Below are positions 19,303 to 29,821 of a stretch of DNA of 64,000 bases, one piece after another. The notes under the pieces were generated by a model. It was not told the origin of the DNA and searched no databases. It worked only from the letters and a program-made list of their open reading frames with translations. Origin of the DNA: an uncultured Actinomycetes bacterium (GTDB lineage: Bacteria; Actinomycetota; Thermoleophilia; RBG-16-64-13); contig CAVPLM010000005.1 of the NCBI GenBank assembly GCA_963706025.1, positions 128,001 through 192,000 of the forward strand, written 5' to 3'. The translations under genes were made by a program, and so were the position numbers. The first letter of the stretch is position 1; every line of letters begins with the position of its first letter.

Positions 19303-20229
19303 GTGAAAGTGACGCCTCTCGACATCCGGCGCAAGGAATTCAAACGTTCCATGCGCGGCTATTCCGACGAGGAGGTCGATGTCTTCCTTGACGACGTGGC
19401 CGATGAGTTCGAACGGCTGTTCCAGGAGAACATCGAGCTCAACGACCGCGTGCAGCGACTCGAGGAGCAGATAGCCGGCCATTTACAGATCAAGGATGCG
19501 CTGGAGAAGACCCTGATCTCGGCCCAGATGCAGTCAGACGAGATGAAGGCTAATGCTCGCAAGGAGGGCGGGCTCATCCTCCAAGAGGCCGAGCTCAAGG
19601 CCCGCGAGATAGTCAACGAATCCTACAGCGAGACCCAGCGGGTGCAGCAGGCTTTGATCCAATTGAAACACCTGGAAGAGGACTTCCGCTTCAAGTTCCG
19701 TTCGTTGCTGGAGGGCCACCTCAAGCTTCTCAACGAGGCGCCGATCGCCGCGCCTGCAGCTGAGCCCCGGGTACCTACGGCTGAAGCCGTCAGCGAGGTG
19801 GAGCCTCCGCTCGTCGTGCCCTCGCCGGGGGTAGTGGCGATCGAAGACGAGGTGGCGATCGAAGACGAAGTGGCTTTCGATGATGAGGTGCCTACCGAGG
19901 AGACCGAGACGGGCACCGGCGCCGAGGCGTCCCTGGTCGCTTTGGCTTCCGTTGTCGCTGCGACGGAGGAAGCGAAAGGCGGACCTGTGGGCGATGAAGC
20001 GGTCCACGCCTCCGTAGCGATCGGGACCGAAGAGTCGACTGCGGAAACGGTTTTGGCTGCGGAGGAAAGCACGGCCGAAACCATCTCCCCCGAAGCCATA
20101 AGCGCCGAAACCGCGGAGTCAGAGGAGCCGGCACGGGGGTTCTTTTTCGGCAAGCAGCCCGACGATATCGACGACACGTTCGTTCCCCCGGAAGGTGAGC
20201 AAGAGAAGGCTCGCGACTTCGAATGGTGA
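19303..20229 (+). CDS. divIVA: DivIVA domain protein with a long acidic tail
   Basis: TPLDIRRKEFKRSMRGYSDEEVDVFLD followed by coiled coil. Confidence 0.92.
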   Translation: MKVTPLDIRRKEFKRSMRGYSDEEVDVFLDDVADEFERLFQENIELNDRVQRLEEQIAGHLQIKDALEKTLISAQMQSDEMKANARKEGGLILQEAELKAREIVNESYSETQRVQQALIQLKHLEEDFRFKFRSLLEGHLKLLNEAPIAAPAAEPRVPTAEAVSEVEPPLVVPSPGVVAIEDEVAIEDEVAFDDEVPTEETETGTGAEASLVALASVVAATEEAKGGPVGDEAVHASVAIGTEESTAETVLAAEESTAETISPEAISAETAESEEPARGFFFGKQPDDIDDTFVPPEGEQEKARDFEW

Positions 20230-20236
20230 CCGGTCT

Positions 20237-20644
20237 ATGACAAACGTGACGCCCGTGGCCCGCGGCTCGCGCACGGCCCCGGCCGCGCCGGCGGCCCCCG
20301 TAGCGGAGGCGGCCCCTGCGATTCGCCCTGGGGGCGGGGGAGTCCTGTTGGGAGTCCGGGTGAGCCCCTCGGCCCGCCGGACGGCGCTACGAGGAGTCTA
20401 CGGTGACCGGCTCAAGATATCCGTCTGTGCACCGCCGGAAGACAACCGGGCCAACCAGGAGTTGACGGATGCCCTGGCGAATTGGTTGGAAGTGTCTCGT
20501 GACAGCGTGCGCGTCGAGACCGGTCACGGGAGTCGGGACAAGGTCGTCGTCTTCATCGGCATGGACGAACCTGGGTTGAGGCAGAAGCTGACCGGGCTGC
20601 TGGATGTGGATGATCGGCGAGGGGACGGACGGCCCGATGGATAA
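20237..20644 (+). CDS. DUF167 (YggU-like) protein
   Basis: VRVSPSA, LKISVCAPPEDNRAN, GHGSRDK. Confidence 0.85.
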   Translation: MTNVTPVARGSRTAPAAPAAPVAEAAPAIRPGGGGVLLGVRVSPSARRTALRGVYGDRLKISVCAPPEDNRANQELTDALANWLEVSRDSVRVETGHGSRDKVVVFIGMDEPGLRQKLTGLLDVDDRRGDGRPDG

Positions 20645-20996
20645 AGAGGCTCTGAGAGAGCAACTGCTCGTCGAGCGCGAGCGCTTGGAACACGAGATCG
20701 CGGAACTCGACGCCGATCTTTCCGAGTCTTTAGAAGACTCGTCGGAAGAGAGTCCCTACGATCAGCACATGGCAGAGACGGCGGGGGTCACGCTGGACCG
20801 CGAGATCGATCTCACCCTGCAAGAGAACGCCCGCGCCTCGGTGGCGCAGATCGATAGGGCCCTAGGCAAGCTCGAGAACGGCAGCTATGGGCGGTGTGAC
20901 AAGTGCGGCAAGCCCATCGGTGAAGACCGGTTGCAGGCGGCCCCTTTCGCCACCCTGTGTATCGACTGTAAGCGCCTGGAGGAGCGAAACCGCTGA
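20637..20996 (+). CDS. TraR/DksA C4-type zinc finger protein
   Basis: Coiled coil followed by GSYGRCDKCGKPIGEDRL..P.ATLCIDC. Confidence 0.9.
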   Translation: MDKEALREQLLVERERLEHEIAELDADLSESLEDSSEESPYDQHMAETAGVTLDREIDLTLQENARASVAQIDRALGKLENGSYGRCDKCGKPIGEDRLQAAPFATLCIDCKRLEERNR

Positions 20997-21012
20997 CGGG
21001 CGGCCCCCATTC

Positions 21013-21537
21013 ATGAAGTTCGGATCCGCAGCGCTCGCCACCAGGCGTCGCACCATCCTCAAGTGGTCCCTTCTGATCGTGCTGGCCGCCATCGCCTTGG
21101 CCATCGATCTGTTGACCAAGAACATGGCCGAGCAGCATCTGGTTCTGGGAGAATCACGCAAGATTTTGCCCTTCCTCTACCTGGAGCGGACGGTCAACAG
21201 CGGGGTGGCTTTTGGGCTCCTGAGCGGAAAAGGCGCGCTCATCATCGTGGCCAACGTGGTCGCTCTCGCCGTGGTGGTCTTCTACGTGACGATGGAGCGG
21301 CGCTATCTGCTCGCCGCGGTAGCCGGGGGCCTGATAATCGGGGGGGCCCTCGGCAACCTATACCAGCGAGTCACGGCCGACGGGCGGGTGACCGACTTCC
21401 TCAAGTTCCCCCATTGGCCCAACTTCAACATGGCCGATGTCTTCGTCGACGTCGGGATAGCCATCATCTTCATAGGGTTGATCGTGGAGATGGTGCGGGT
21501 CTGGAGGGCCGGCCGGCGGACGCCGGCCTCATCTTGA
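21013..21537 (+). CDS. lspA: Lipoprotein signal peptidase II
   Basis: DLLTK, NSGVAFG, GGALGNL, VTDF, FNMAD. Confidence 0.93.
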   Translation: MKFGSAALATRRRTILKWSLLIVLAAIALAIDLLTKNMAEQHLVLGESRKILPFLYLERTVNSGVAFGLLSGKGALIIVANVVALAVVVFYVTMERRYLLAAVAGGLIIGGALGNLYQRVTADGRVTDFLKFPHWPNFNMADVFVDVGIAIIFIGLIVEMVRVWRAGRRTPASS

Positions 21538-22472
21538 TGGAGGGGCGGCAAGACGGCCGTCGTCAGACGTTCGTTGTCCAGGCGGGTGAGCGCGGCTTGA
21601 GACTCGACGTCGTCCTGGGCCGGCGGGCGGAAATGGGCAGCCGTACCCGCGTCGCGGAGCTCATCCGCTCCGGGGCGGTGACCGTGGACGGTCTCCAGCG
21701 GGCCAAGAGCCATCTGCTCACCGAGGGCCAGACCGTGGCCGTCACTCTTCCGGAGGAAGCGCCTCTCGATCTGGTCCCCGAGTCGCTCCCGGTCCCCGTG
21801 CTCTACGAGGACGAGTGGTTGCTGGTGGTCGACAAGCCGGCCGGGATGGCCGTACACCCCTCCCGGGGACACTCCTCGGGGACTCTCGTTCACGCGCTCC
21901 TGGGCCACGGATTGGCCGGCGGCGAAGAGTTCCGGCCCGGCGTGGTCCACCGCCTGGACAAGGACACCACGGGGCTGTTGGTGGTGGCAAAGTCGAGCGA
22001 GGTGCACCGGCGCTTGGTCGGGATGATGAGGCGCCGGGCGATCGACCGCCGCTATTTGGCTCTGGTCCATGGAGGCTTTGCCGGGGAAAGCGGCACCATC
22101 GAGGCGCCGGTGGGGCGTGATCCGGCCCGGCGGAAGTCGATGGCGGTGGGTGGGGTGGCCGCCCGGGAGGCGCGGACTCATTTCCGGGCCCTGGAGCGCT
22201 TCGGCGATTTCACCCTGGTAGAGGTGCGACTCGAGACCGGGCGCACCCACCAGATCCGGGTGCACTTCCTGGCGATCGGCCACCCGGTGGCCGGCGACCC
22301 GACGTACGGGCGTCGGGATGCTCTGGGCCTGGGCCGGCAGTTTCTGCACAGCCACTACTTGTCTTTCGAGCATCCGATGACCGGTGCGGAGGTAAGGGTG
22401 GAGGCGCCGTTGCCGGCCGATCTCGAGGCAGCGCTTGCCCGCCTGCGTGCCGGCCGTCCGCCAGACTCGTAG
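21537..22472 (+). CDS. RluA/RluD family pseudouridine synthase
   Basis: S4-like N-terminus, VDKPAG, RPGVVHRLDKDTTG, LETGRTHQIRVH. Confidence 0.95.
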   Translation: MEGRQDGRRQTFVVQAGERGLRLDVVLGRRAEMGSRTRVAELIRSGAVTVDGLQRAKSHLLTEGQTVAVTLPEEAPLDLVPESLPVPVLYEDEWLLVVDKPAGMAVHPSRGHSSGTLVHALLGHGLAGGEEFRPGVVHRLDKDTTGLLVVAKSSEVHRRLVGMMRRRAIDRRYLALVHGGFAGESGTIEAPVGRDPARRKSMAVGGVAAREARTHFRALERFGDFTLVEVRLETGRTHQIRVHFLAIGHPVAGDPTYGRRDALGLGRQFLHSHYLSFEHPMTGAEVRVEAPLPADLEAALARLRAGRPPDS

Positions 22473-22584
22473 TCCCAGCCTCCGGGTGGACCGTCGTCTC
22501 TGACGAGCCGCGTGGGTGTTGGGCTACGACCCGGTCCCCGCCCGTCCCGGGACTGGCGGGGATGGGTGCTAGACTTCTCTCGCC

Positions 22585-23292
22585 GTGAAAGAAGCCGAAG
22601 ACAACCAGCCCTCTGAGAGCGGTCTCCTGGGTCCGACCGTTTCACCTGCCGTGGCCTTCTTCGATCTCGACGGCACTCTCGTCGCGGGCCAGACGACGCT
22701 GCTGTTGGTAGTGTTTCTCCGCCGCGCGGGTGTGGTCAGTGGGACCTTTCTCTTGGGGACGGGTCTGTGGTTCCTCGCCTACAAAGCCGGGCTGGTGACG
22801 GTCACCGAGAAGTCGCGAAGCAAGAGCGCCTCGGTTTTGAAGGGACTTGCGGTGACCGAGGTCGAGGAGCTGATGAAGCGCTTCACCGAGGAGGTGATGG
22901 CGCCTAGGTTGCACCGGGCGGCTTCGGCCGCCCTTGCGGAGCATCTGGCTGCGGGCGATCGCGTGGTGGTCGTGTCGGCCGCACTCGATCCGGTGGTCCG
23001 CGCGCTGTGCGAGCGGCTGCATGTGGCCGATCATGTGGGGGCCTCCTGCGAGGTCGATGGGGATCGCTACACCGGCCGCCTGAACGGCTCCATCCCTTAC
23101 GGTGACGAGAAGGCCAGGGTCGCGGCCGGGTTCATGGAGCGCTGGGGCGCTGATCCCTGCGCTTGCTGGGCCTACGCCGATCACGAGACCGATATCGCGC
23201 TGTTGCGCTCGGTGGGCCATCCGGTCGCAGTCAACCCCAAGCCGGCACTGTTGGAGATCGCGAAGCGGTCCGGCTGGCCCATACTGTCGTGA
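22585..23292 (+). CDS. HAD-IB family hydrolase (SerB-like)
   Basis: AFFDLDGTL, VVSA, AYADHETD, VNP. Confidence 0.88.
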   Translation: MKEAEDNQPSESGLLGPTVSPAVAFFDLDGTLVAGQTTLLLVVFLRRAGVVSGTFLLGTGLWFLAYKAGLVTVTEKSRSKSASVLKGLAVTEVEELMKRFTEEVMAPRLHRAASAALAEHLAAGDRVVVVSAALDPVVRALCERLHVADHVGASCEVDGDRYTGRLNGSIPYGDEKARVAAGFMERWGADPCACWAYADHETDIALLRSVGHPVAVNPKPALLEIAKRSGWPILS

Positions 23293-23340
23293 CTCGCTCG
23301 TGTTGAACGGCGATCGAACCACTCTCCCGGAGGTACGAAC

Positions 23341-25374
23341 ATGGCCGACACCTTCCCCGAAGAGCTAGCCGCCGGCCGAGACTTGGACTCGCTGGCCGTG
23401 AGCACCATCCGCACCTTGGCCATCGACGGGGTCCAGAAGGCCAATTCCGGCCATCCGGGTATGCCGCTGGGTGCCGCTCCGATGGCGCACGTGCTTTGGA
23501 CCCGTCACCTCAGGTTCGATCCCTCCGAGCCGGCCTGGCCGGATCGCGACCGTTTCGTACTGAGCGCCGGTCATGGTTCGATGCTGCTCTACGCCCTGCT
23601 TCACCTCTCCGGATACGGCCTGGCGATCGAGGAGCTCGAGGCCTTCCGGCAGTGGGGCAGCCGCACGCCCGGCCATCCCGAATACGGTCTCACCCCCGGT
23701 GTGGAGACGACCACAGGGCCGCTGGGCGCCGGGTTCTCCAACGGGGTGGGTATGGCTATCGCTGAGGCCTTCCTGGGGGCCACTTTCAACCGTCCCGGTT
23801 ACAGCTTGGTCGACCACCGCACGTTCGGGATAGTGAGTGACGGGGACCTCATGGAAGGCGTGGCCGCGGAGGCGGCGTCGCTGGCCGGCCACCTGGGGCT
23901 GGGCAAGCTCGTCTATCTCTACGACGATAACCGCATCTCCATCGAAGGCTCCACCGATCTGGCGTTCACCGAGGACGTGGGGCTGCGTTTCCGAGGCCTA
24001 CGGCTGGCAGGTGCTCGACGGTGGACGACGGCAACGACCTGGACGCCATCGACAGGGCGATCGCGGAGGCGTGCGCCGACACGTCGCGCCCTTCGCTGAT
24101 CAAGGTCCGCACCACCATCGGTTACGGCAGCCCGAACAAGGCCGGTACTGCGGAGGCCCATGGGGCGCCGTTGGGCACCGACGAGTTGAGGCTCACCAAA
24201 GAAGCCCTCGACTGGCCGGGGGACCTGTTCTTCGCCGTCCCTGAAGTGGTCCGGCGGCAGTACGAAGCGGTGGCCGGCAACGGTCGAGCGGCCCGGGCGC
24301 ACTGGCGGGAGCTGCTGGCCGGGTACGAGAAAGACCATCCGGATCTGGCGGAGCAGTGGGCCATGGCCATGGCCGGGCGGCTGCCCGACGGGTGGAAGGA
24401 CCGTCTTCCCACTTTTGCCGCCGGCGAGAGCATCGCCACCAGATCTGCCTCCGGCAAGGTGCTGAACGCTCTGGCGCCGGTGCTGCCGACGCTCATAGGG
24501 GGCTCGGCCGATCTGGCGCCTTCGAACAACACCTACCTGACCGGGCTCGGCGACTTCCAGGCAGACACGCCCGCCGGGCGCAATCTGCGCTTCGGGGTGC
24601 GAGAGCACGCCATGGGTGGCATTCTCAACGGCATGGCCGTGCACGGTGGACTGTTCCCGTTCGGGGGCACGTTCTTCATCTTCTCGGACTACATGCGTCC
24701 AGCGGTGAGGCTGGCGGCTCTTTCCCACCTGCCGGTGATCTATGTCTTCACCCACGACAGCATCGCCTTGGGTGAGGACGGTCCCACGCATCAGCCGATC
24801 GAGCACCTGGCCTCGCTGCGGGCGATGCCCGGGCTGGTGGTCATCAGGCCCGGCGACGCGGCCGAGACGGCGGTCGCCTGGCAGGCGGCCTTGGAACGGA
24901 GGGACGGTCCCACGGCGCTGGTGTTGACCAGGCAGAACCTGCCCGTCCTCGATCGGACCGAGCTGGCGCCGGCGGAAGAGCTGCTCAGGGGCGGGTACGT
25001 GCTCTCGGATATGCGCCGCGGGCGACCCGGAGTGTGATCTGATAGCCACCGGCTCGGAGGTGGCGATCGCGCTCGAAGCCGCGGCCGTCCTTGGCGGGCA
25101 GGACGTGGCGGTCCGGGTGGTGGCTCTGCCCAGTTGGGAGCTCTTCGAGGCCCAGGACTCGGTCTATCGGGAATCGGTGCTGCCTCGTCGCATCAAGAGA
25201 CGGGTGGCCATCGAGGCCGCTTCGCCTTTCGGTTGGGAGAGATATGTGGGTGACGAGGGCGCGATCGTCGGCATCGACCATTTCGGCGCCTCGGCTCCGG
25301 CGGGCGTGCTCTACCGCGAGTTCGGCATCACCGCCGACGACGTCGTCAGGAGCGCTTTGGGACTTCTGAAATAG
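23341..25374 (+). CDS. tkt: Transketolase (frameshifts near 23990, 24020 and 25030, probably assembly errors)
   Basis: [65 protein letters not shown] spread over three frames. Confidence 0.93.
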
Positions 25375-25375
25375 G

Positions 25376-25452
25376 GGCGGGGCTCGGGCCGCATCGCGCG
25401 GCCCGAGCCCCGCCGGGAAACTGAGGGGCGCCGCCGCGGGCGGCGGCGCCCC
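25376..25452 (+). terminator. Two GC-rich hairpins between tkt and tal
   Basis: 17-bp perfect stem at 25376-25414 and a ~12-13-bp stem at 25425-25452; no U tract. Confidence 0.5.
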
Positions 25453-25470
25453 CGAAGATGGGAGGGAAGC

Positions 25471-26622
25471 GTGGGCGGCAATGCGCTGACGAGGCTGAGG
25501 GAGTTCGGGCAGAGCGTCTGGTGTGACGACATCGGGAGGGATTTCCTGTTGGCCGGGCGGCTGAAGGCGCTCATCGAAGAAGACGGCGTCTCCGGAGTGA
25601 CCTCGAACCCCACCATCTTCCACCGGGCCATCACTCAGGGCACGAGCTACGACCGGGCGGTGGCGGAGCTGGCCGGCACCGGGGCGTCCTCGACGGAGAT
25701 CATGGAAGCCTTGATGGTCGACGACATTCGGATGGCCGCCGACGAACTGAAGCCGATCGCGATCGCAACGGATTCGCGGGACGGCTGGGTCAGCATCGAG
25801 GTGGCGCCTGTCCTCGCGTACGATACTCAGGGCACCGTAGCCGAGGTCAAGCGGATCAAAGCTCTGGTGGATCGCCCGAACATCCTGGTGAAGGTGCCCG
25901 GCACCGAGGAGGGGGTCGCCGCGGTTCGCGATCTAACGGCCTTGGGCTACTCGATCAACGTGACGCTGATCTTCTCGCTCGAGCGCTATCGCGAGGTCAT
26001 GGAGGCCTATCTGTCCGGTCTGGAATCGCTGCTGGCCGGGCGGGCTACCGACCGCGCCCTGCCCGCGCCGGCGGACGTTCACAGCGTCGCCAGCTTCTTC
26101 GTCAGCCGGGTGGATGCGGTCGTGGACAAGCGTCTCGACGCCTTGGTCGAGGAAGTGGCCCGCTCCGGCCGGGATCCGGCCCCGCTGCAGGCCCTCCGGG
26201 GCAAGGCCGCGGTCGCGAACGCCAAACAGGCGTACAGGCTCTTTGAGGAGACGTTCTCGGGCGAACGCTGGGAGGCGCTTCGTTCAGAGGGCGCAAACGC
26301 GCAGCGCCCGTTGTGGGCCAGCACCAGCACCAAAGACCCGGCCTACAGCGACATCCTCTACGTCGAGGAGCTGATCGGGCCGGACACGGTCAACACCATG
26401 CCGTTGAACACCATAGACGCCTTCCGCGACCACGGAAGGCCGGCAGAGACGGTGACTGTGGGGGTCGACGAGGCGGCCGCTCATCTGGACGCACTCGAGA
26501 AGGCCGGGATCAGCATGGCCGAGGTCACAGAGCAGTTGGAAAGGGACGGGGTCAGAGCATTCGCCGACTCGTTCGAGGCCTTGCGGTCGGCCCTGGACGA
26601 TAAGAGAAGCAGTCTCAGCTGA
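25471..26622 (+). CDS. tal: Transaldolase (actinobacterial/plant type)
   Basis: GQSVWCDD, GVTSNPTIF, VSIEV, VKVP, NVTLIFS, SVASFFVSRVD, LWASTSTK. Confidence 0.96.
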   Translation: MGGNALTRLREFGQSVWCDDIGRDFLLAGRLKALIEEDGVSGVTSNPTIFHRAITQGTSYDRAVAELAGTGASSTEIMEALMVDDIRMAADELKPIAIATDSRDGWVSIEVAPVLAYDTQGTVAEVKRIKALVDRPNILVKVPGTEEGVAAVRDLTALGYSINVTLIFSLERYREVMEAYLSGLESLLAGRATDRALPAPADVHSVASFFVSRVDAVVDKRLDALVEEVARSGRDPAPLQALRGKAAVANAKQAYRLFEETFSGERWEALRSEGANAQRPLWASTSTKDPAYSDILYVEELIGPDTVNTMPLNTIDAFRDHGRPAETVTVGVDEAAAHLDALEKAGISMAEVTEQLERDGVRAFADSFEALRSALDDKRSSLS

Positions 26623-26665
26623 GACCCCTGGCCGTATCCTAGCTCGATCGAGGACCCGGCGCGTC

Positions 26666-26694
26666 TTGACGCCGGCCTGGCGTCCCGGTAGGGT
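26666..26694 (+). promoter_or_regulatory. Putative sigma-70-type promoter of pyrR
   Basis: TTGACG-N17-TAGGGT. Confidence 0.5.
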
Positions 26695-26751
26695 ACGGTC
26701 AGAGGGCAGGCCCGAGGCGGTCTCGGGCGGACCAGCGCTGGTGACGAAAGG

Positions 26752-27333
26752 GTGGTGAGGGTAGTGGCGGACAATGCCGACGATCAGAGTCGCAAATCCA
26801 AGGTGCTTCTCGATGAGGAGCAGCTTGGCCGCACCCTTTCCCGCATGACCCACGAGATCGCCGAACAGGACCCGGATCTTGCAGATCTAGCTCTGGTGGG
26901 CATCCAACGCCGGGGAGTGGAGCTGGCAGCGCGGCTGGCCGGCCTGTTCCAAGCTTTCTACTCGGTCAAACCACCTACCGGAGCCATCGATATCACCTTC
27001 TATCGGGACGACATCGACACCCGGGTCGGGAGCCAGTACGAGCAGCCGAGGGTCCATTCCACCGATCTTCCCTTCGACGTCAACGACAAGACCATCGTGC
27101 TGGTAGACGATGTGCTCTACACGGGCCGGACCATTCGGGCGGCCATCGATGCTTTGTTCGACTACGGGCGGCCGCTTTCGATACGCCTGGCCGTGCTGGT
27201 CGACAGAGGCCACCGCGACCTACCCATCAGGCCCGACTTCGTGGGCAAGAACGTCCCCACCAGCTTGAACGAACAGGTGGTGGTGCACCTGGTGGAGACC
27301 GATGGAGTCGACGAGGTGGTGATCGAAGACTAG
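26752..27333 (+). CDS. pyrR: PyrR pyr regulator / uracil phosphoribosyltransferase
   Basis: RMTHEIAE, GIQRRG, DITFYRDD, LVDDVLYTGRT, DRGHRDLPIRPDFVGKN. Confidence 0.97.
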   Translation: MVRVVADNADDQSRKSKVLLDEEQLGRTLSRMTHEIAEQDPDLADLALVGIQRRGVELAARLAGLFQAFYSVKPPTGAIDITFYRDDIDTRVGSQYEQPRVHSTDLPFDVNDKTIVLVDDVLYTGRTIRAAIDALFDYGRPLSIRLAVLVDRGHRDLPIRPDFVGKNVPTSLNEQVVVHLVETDGVDEVVIED

Positions 27334-27474
27334 CGCCCGCTGAGCCCGCCGTGCGCGCAGCGGGCCTCTTCCCCGCATGTGTCGAAGTCTCCCCTGGTCG
27401 CTTCGCGGAGGGGAGCCGGTCTTGGGGCTGGAGTCCCCGCCCCGAGAGCGCTACAATCCTTCAGGAGAAGGCGA

Positions 27475-27508
27475 ACCTTTTAAACGTGTCCCGTGAGGCC
27501 GAAAGGGT
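27475..27508 (+). promoter_or_regulatory. PyrR-binding RNA hairpin overlapping the pyrB SD
   Basis: CCTTTTAAACGTGTCCCGTGAGGCCGAAAGG has the UUUAA and RUCCNGNGAGGY elements; TACAAT -10 at 27452. Confidence 0.85.
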
Positions 27509-27514
27509 ACCGAA

Positions 27515-28435
27515 ATGCACCTCATCTCCATCGACGATCTCAGCGTCGCTGAGATCGAGAATCTCTTCAAGCTGAGCGACGGTTTTCTCGAGATAGCGTC
27601 GCGCTCCATCAAGAAGGTTCCGACCCTCCGCGGTCGCACCGTCGTCAACGTGTTCCTCGAGCCTTCCACGCGCACGCAGTCGTCGTTCGAACTGGCCGGC
27701 AAGCGGCTGTCGGCAGACGTGATCAACATCAAAGGATCGTCGTCCAGCGTGTCCAAGGGTGAGAGCCTCAAGGACACCATCCTGACCTTGGAGAGCTACC
27801 GTCCGGACATCATCGTAATGCGCCATCCCCGAGTGGGGGCATCGCGCCTGGCCACCCGGTACACCAACGCCTCGGTGGTGAACGCCGGCGACGGGACGGG
27901 GGAGCACCCCACTCAGTGTCTGCTCGACCTCTACAGCCTGCGGCGGATCTACGGGCAGCTGGAGGGGCTCAAGGTGGCCATCGTGGGGGACATCCTGCGG
28001 AGCCGGGTGGCCCGCTCCGACCTGTTCGGCTTCCGCAAGATGGGCATCGACGTGCGTCTGGTGGGGCCGCCCACGCTCATGCCGCCCGGTATCGAGTACT
28101 GGGACGTGCCCATCTACAACGACCTCGAGGCCCTCGAAGAGGTGGACGTCATCTACCTCCTGCGCATGCAGCTCGAGCGGGCCAAGGGCAAGGTGCCGCC
28201 GGTGCCTTCGCTGCGCGAGTACAGCCGGGTCTGGGGCTTATCGCCGTACAATGTCAAGCCGGGTCAGCGGGTGATGCACCCGGGACCGATCAATCGGGGA
28301 GTGGAGCTGTCCGGCGACCTGGCCGACGACGAACGCTCCCTCATTTTGCACCAGGTGGAGTCGGGCCTGGCCGTGCGAATGGCGATCCTCTACCAGTGTC
28401 TGGCTGGGACCCTCAGCGAGGAGCCGGCGGCGTAG
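27515..28435 (+). CDS. pyrB: Aspartate carbamoyltransferase catalytic subunit
   Basis: EPSTRTQSSFE, NAGDG..EHPTQ, RMQLER, MHPGPINRG. Confidence 0.97.
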   Translation: MHLISIDDLSVAEIENLFKLSDGFLEIASRSIKKVPTLRGRTVVNVFLEPSTRTQSSFELAGKRLSADVINIKGSSSSVSKGESLKDTILTLESYRPDIIVMRHPRVGASRLATRYTNASVVNAGDGTGEHPTQCLLDLYSLRRIYGQLEGLKVAIVGDILRSRVARSDLFGFRKMGIDVRLVGPPTLMPPGIEYWDVPIYNDLEALEEVDVIYLLRMQLERAKGKVPPVPSLREYSRVWGLSPYNVKPGQRVMHPGPINRGVELSGDLADDERSLILHQVESGLAVRMAILYQCLAGTLSEEPAA

Positions 28436-28546
28436 GCTCGGCGGTATCGAAGAGCCGGAGGATGCCCATACGGCGCGGACGGTTGCGGCGGCGGACGAGC
28501 GAGGCAATGCGACGGGACGGCAACCGTCGCCCGACCCTAGGAGTGG

Positions 28547-28972
28547 ATGATGCCCATACGCAAGTCAGAAGCAGTCTGGCGAGGGACCCTCAAAGAGGGC
28601 GCCGGGACCATGAGACTGGCCAGTGGCCGGTACGAGGGGCCCTACACGTACTCGTCCCGGTTCGAGGAGGCGGTAGGCACCAACCCGGAAGAGCTGGTCG
28701 GCGCGGCGCACGCGGGGTGTTTCTCCATGTTCTTGGCGGCGCTGCTGACCGAGAAAGGGTACACACCAGAGAGCGTCCATACCACGGCTGCCGTCCATCT
28801 GGGCGCCGGGCCCACCATCAAGAAGATTGAGCTGGAGTGCGAGGCGACGGTTCCCGGCGTGGGAGAGGCCGACTTCCAGGAGTTGGCAGCGCAGGCGAAG
28901 GCCGAGTGCCCGGTCTCGAAGGCGCTCGCTGCAGTACCGGAGATCGTACTGAGCGCCAAACTGGTCGGCTAA
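28547..28972 (+). CDS. osmC: OsmC family peroxiredoxin
   Basis: SRFE..GTNPEELVGAAHAGCFSM, CPVSKAL. Confidence 0.95.
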   Translation: MMPIRKSEAVWRGTLKEGAGTMRLASGRYEGPYTYSSRFEEAVGTNPEELVGAAHAGCFSMFLAALLTEKGYTPESVHTTAAVHLGAGPTIKKIELECEATVPGVGEADFQELAAQAKAECPVSKALAAVPEIVLSAKLVG

Positions 28973-28979
28973 CGCCGTC

Positions 28980-29816
28980 TTGGGCGGACAAGATGGCGGG
29001 CGCTGCGGCGTGACCGCCGAGACGCCTTTGCCTGGCGGCGCAGTCGGCTCCCTTCCGGCTTTCACGGTCCGTGAAAGCCATCGGGCAAGACGTGTCCGCC
29101 TGGTCATGACCGTGCGCGACGGGCTGGTCGTGGTGGTACCGCGGGGTTTCGATCAGAGAGAGATCCCGGCGATAGTCGAGCGGAAGCGGCCCTGGATCGA
29201 ACGGGCGGCGGTTCGGGCTGATGCCAGACGCGCCCGGGTGTCGGCGGAAGATCCGACTGAGCTGCCCGCAGTGCTTGAACTGCGGTGTCTTGGCGCCGAG
29301 TGGGGGGTCGAGTACCTGCCCTCGCGCGCTGGTCCGGGGGCTACCATGAGGACCGCGGTCCGGGAGCGCCCCGGCCGACGGCTCGTCGTGCACGGGGGCT
29401 TGGGCGACGCCGCCGCCTGCCGGGCGGCGCTCCGGCGCTGGCTGGCGCGAAAAGCCCGCACGACCATCGTGCCCCGTCTGGCCGTCTTGGCACATGAACA
29501 CGGGTTTGCGATGGGGCCGATCTCGGTGCGGGCGCAACGGACACGGTGGGCCAGTTGCTCGCGCCGCCGCGTCATCAGTCTCAACGTGAAGCTGCTGTTC
29601 CTGCCGCCGGCGTTGGTCGACTACGTGCTTCTGCACGAGCTTTGCCACACGGTCGTCCCCGACCATTCGCCCGCTTTCTGGGCTCTTCTCGCGGAGCACG
29701 ACCCCGATTGCCGGGTCAAGAGCAAGCTGATGAGAGAAGCGCATCGATACGTCCCGCCCTGGTTCGGCGAACGTGCACTGCGGCCTGGACCGTCTCGCCA
29801 GTCCGCGATACCATAG
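28980..29816 (+). CDS. M48/SprT-like zinc metalloprotein (YgjP/DUF45); start uncertain
   Basis: QRTRWASCS, DYVLLHELCH, HSPAFW. Confidence 0.88.
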   Translation: MGGQDGGRCGVTAETPLPGGAVGSLPAFTVRESHRARRVRLVMTVRDGLVVVVPRGFDQREIPAIVERKRPWIERAAVRADARRARVSAEDPTELPAVLELRCLGAEWGVEYLPSRAGPGATMRTAVRERPGRRLVVHGGLGDAAACRAALRRWLARKARTTIVPRLAVLAHEHGFAMGPISVRAQRTRWASCSRRRVISLNVKLLFLPPALVDYVLLHELCHTVVPDHSPAFWALLAEHDPDCRVKSKLMREAHRYVPPWFGERALRPGPSRQSAIP

Positions 29817-29821
29817 GACGG

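Noticed and set aside
25035-25037. TGA inside transketolase as a second Sec codon
   Set aside because: Homology continues in a different frame (LIATGSEV), so it is a frameshift and not readthrough.
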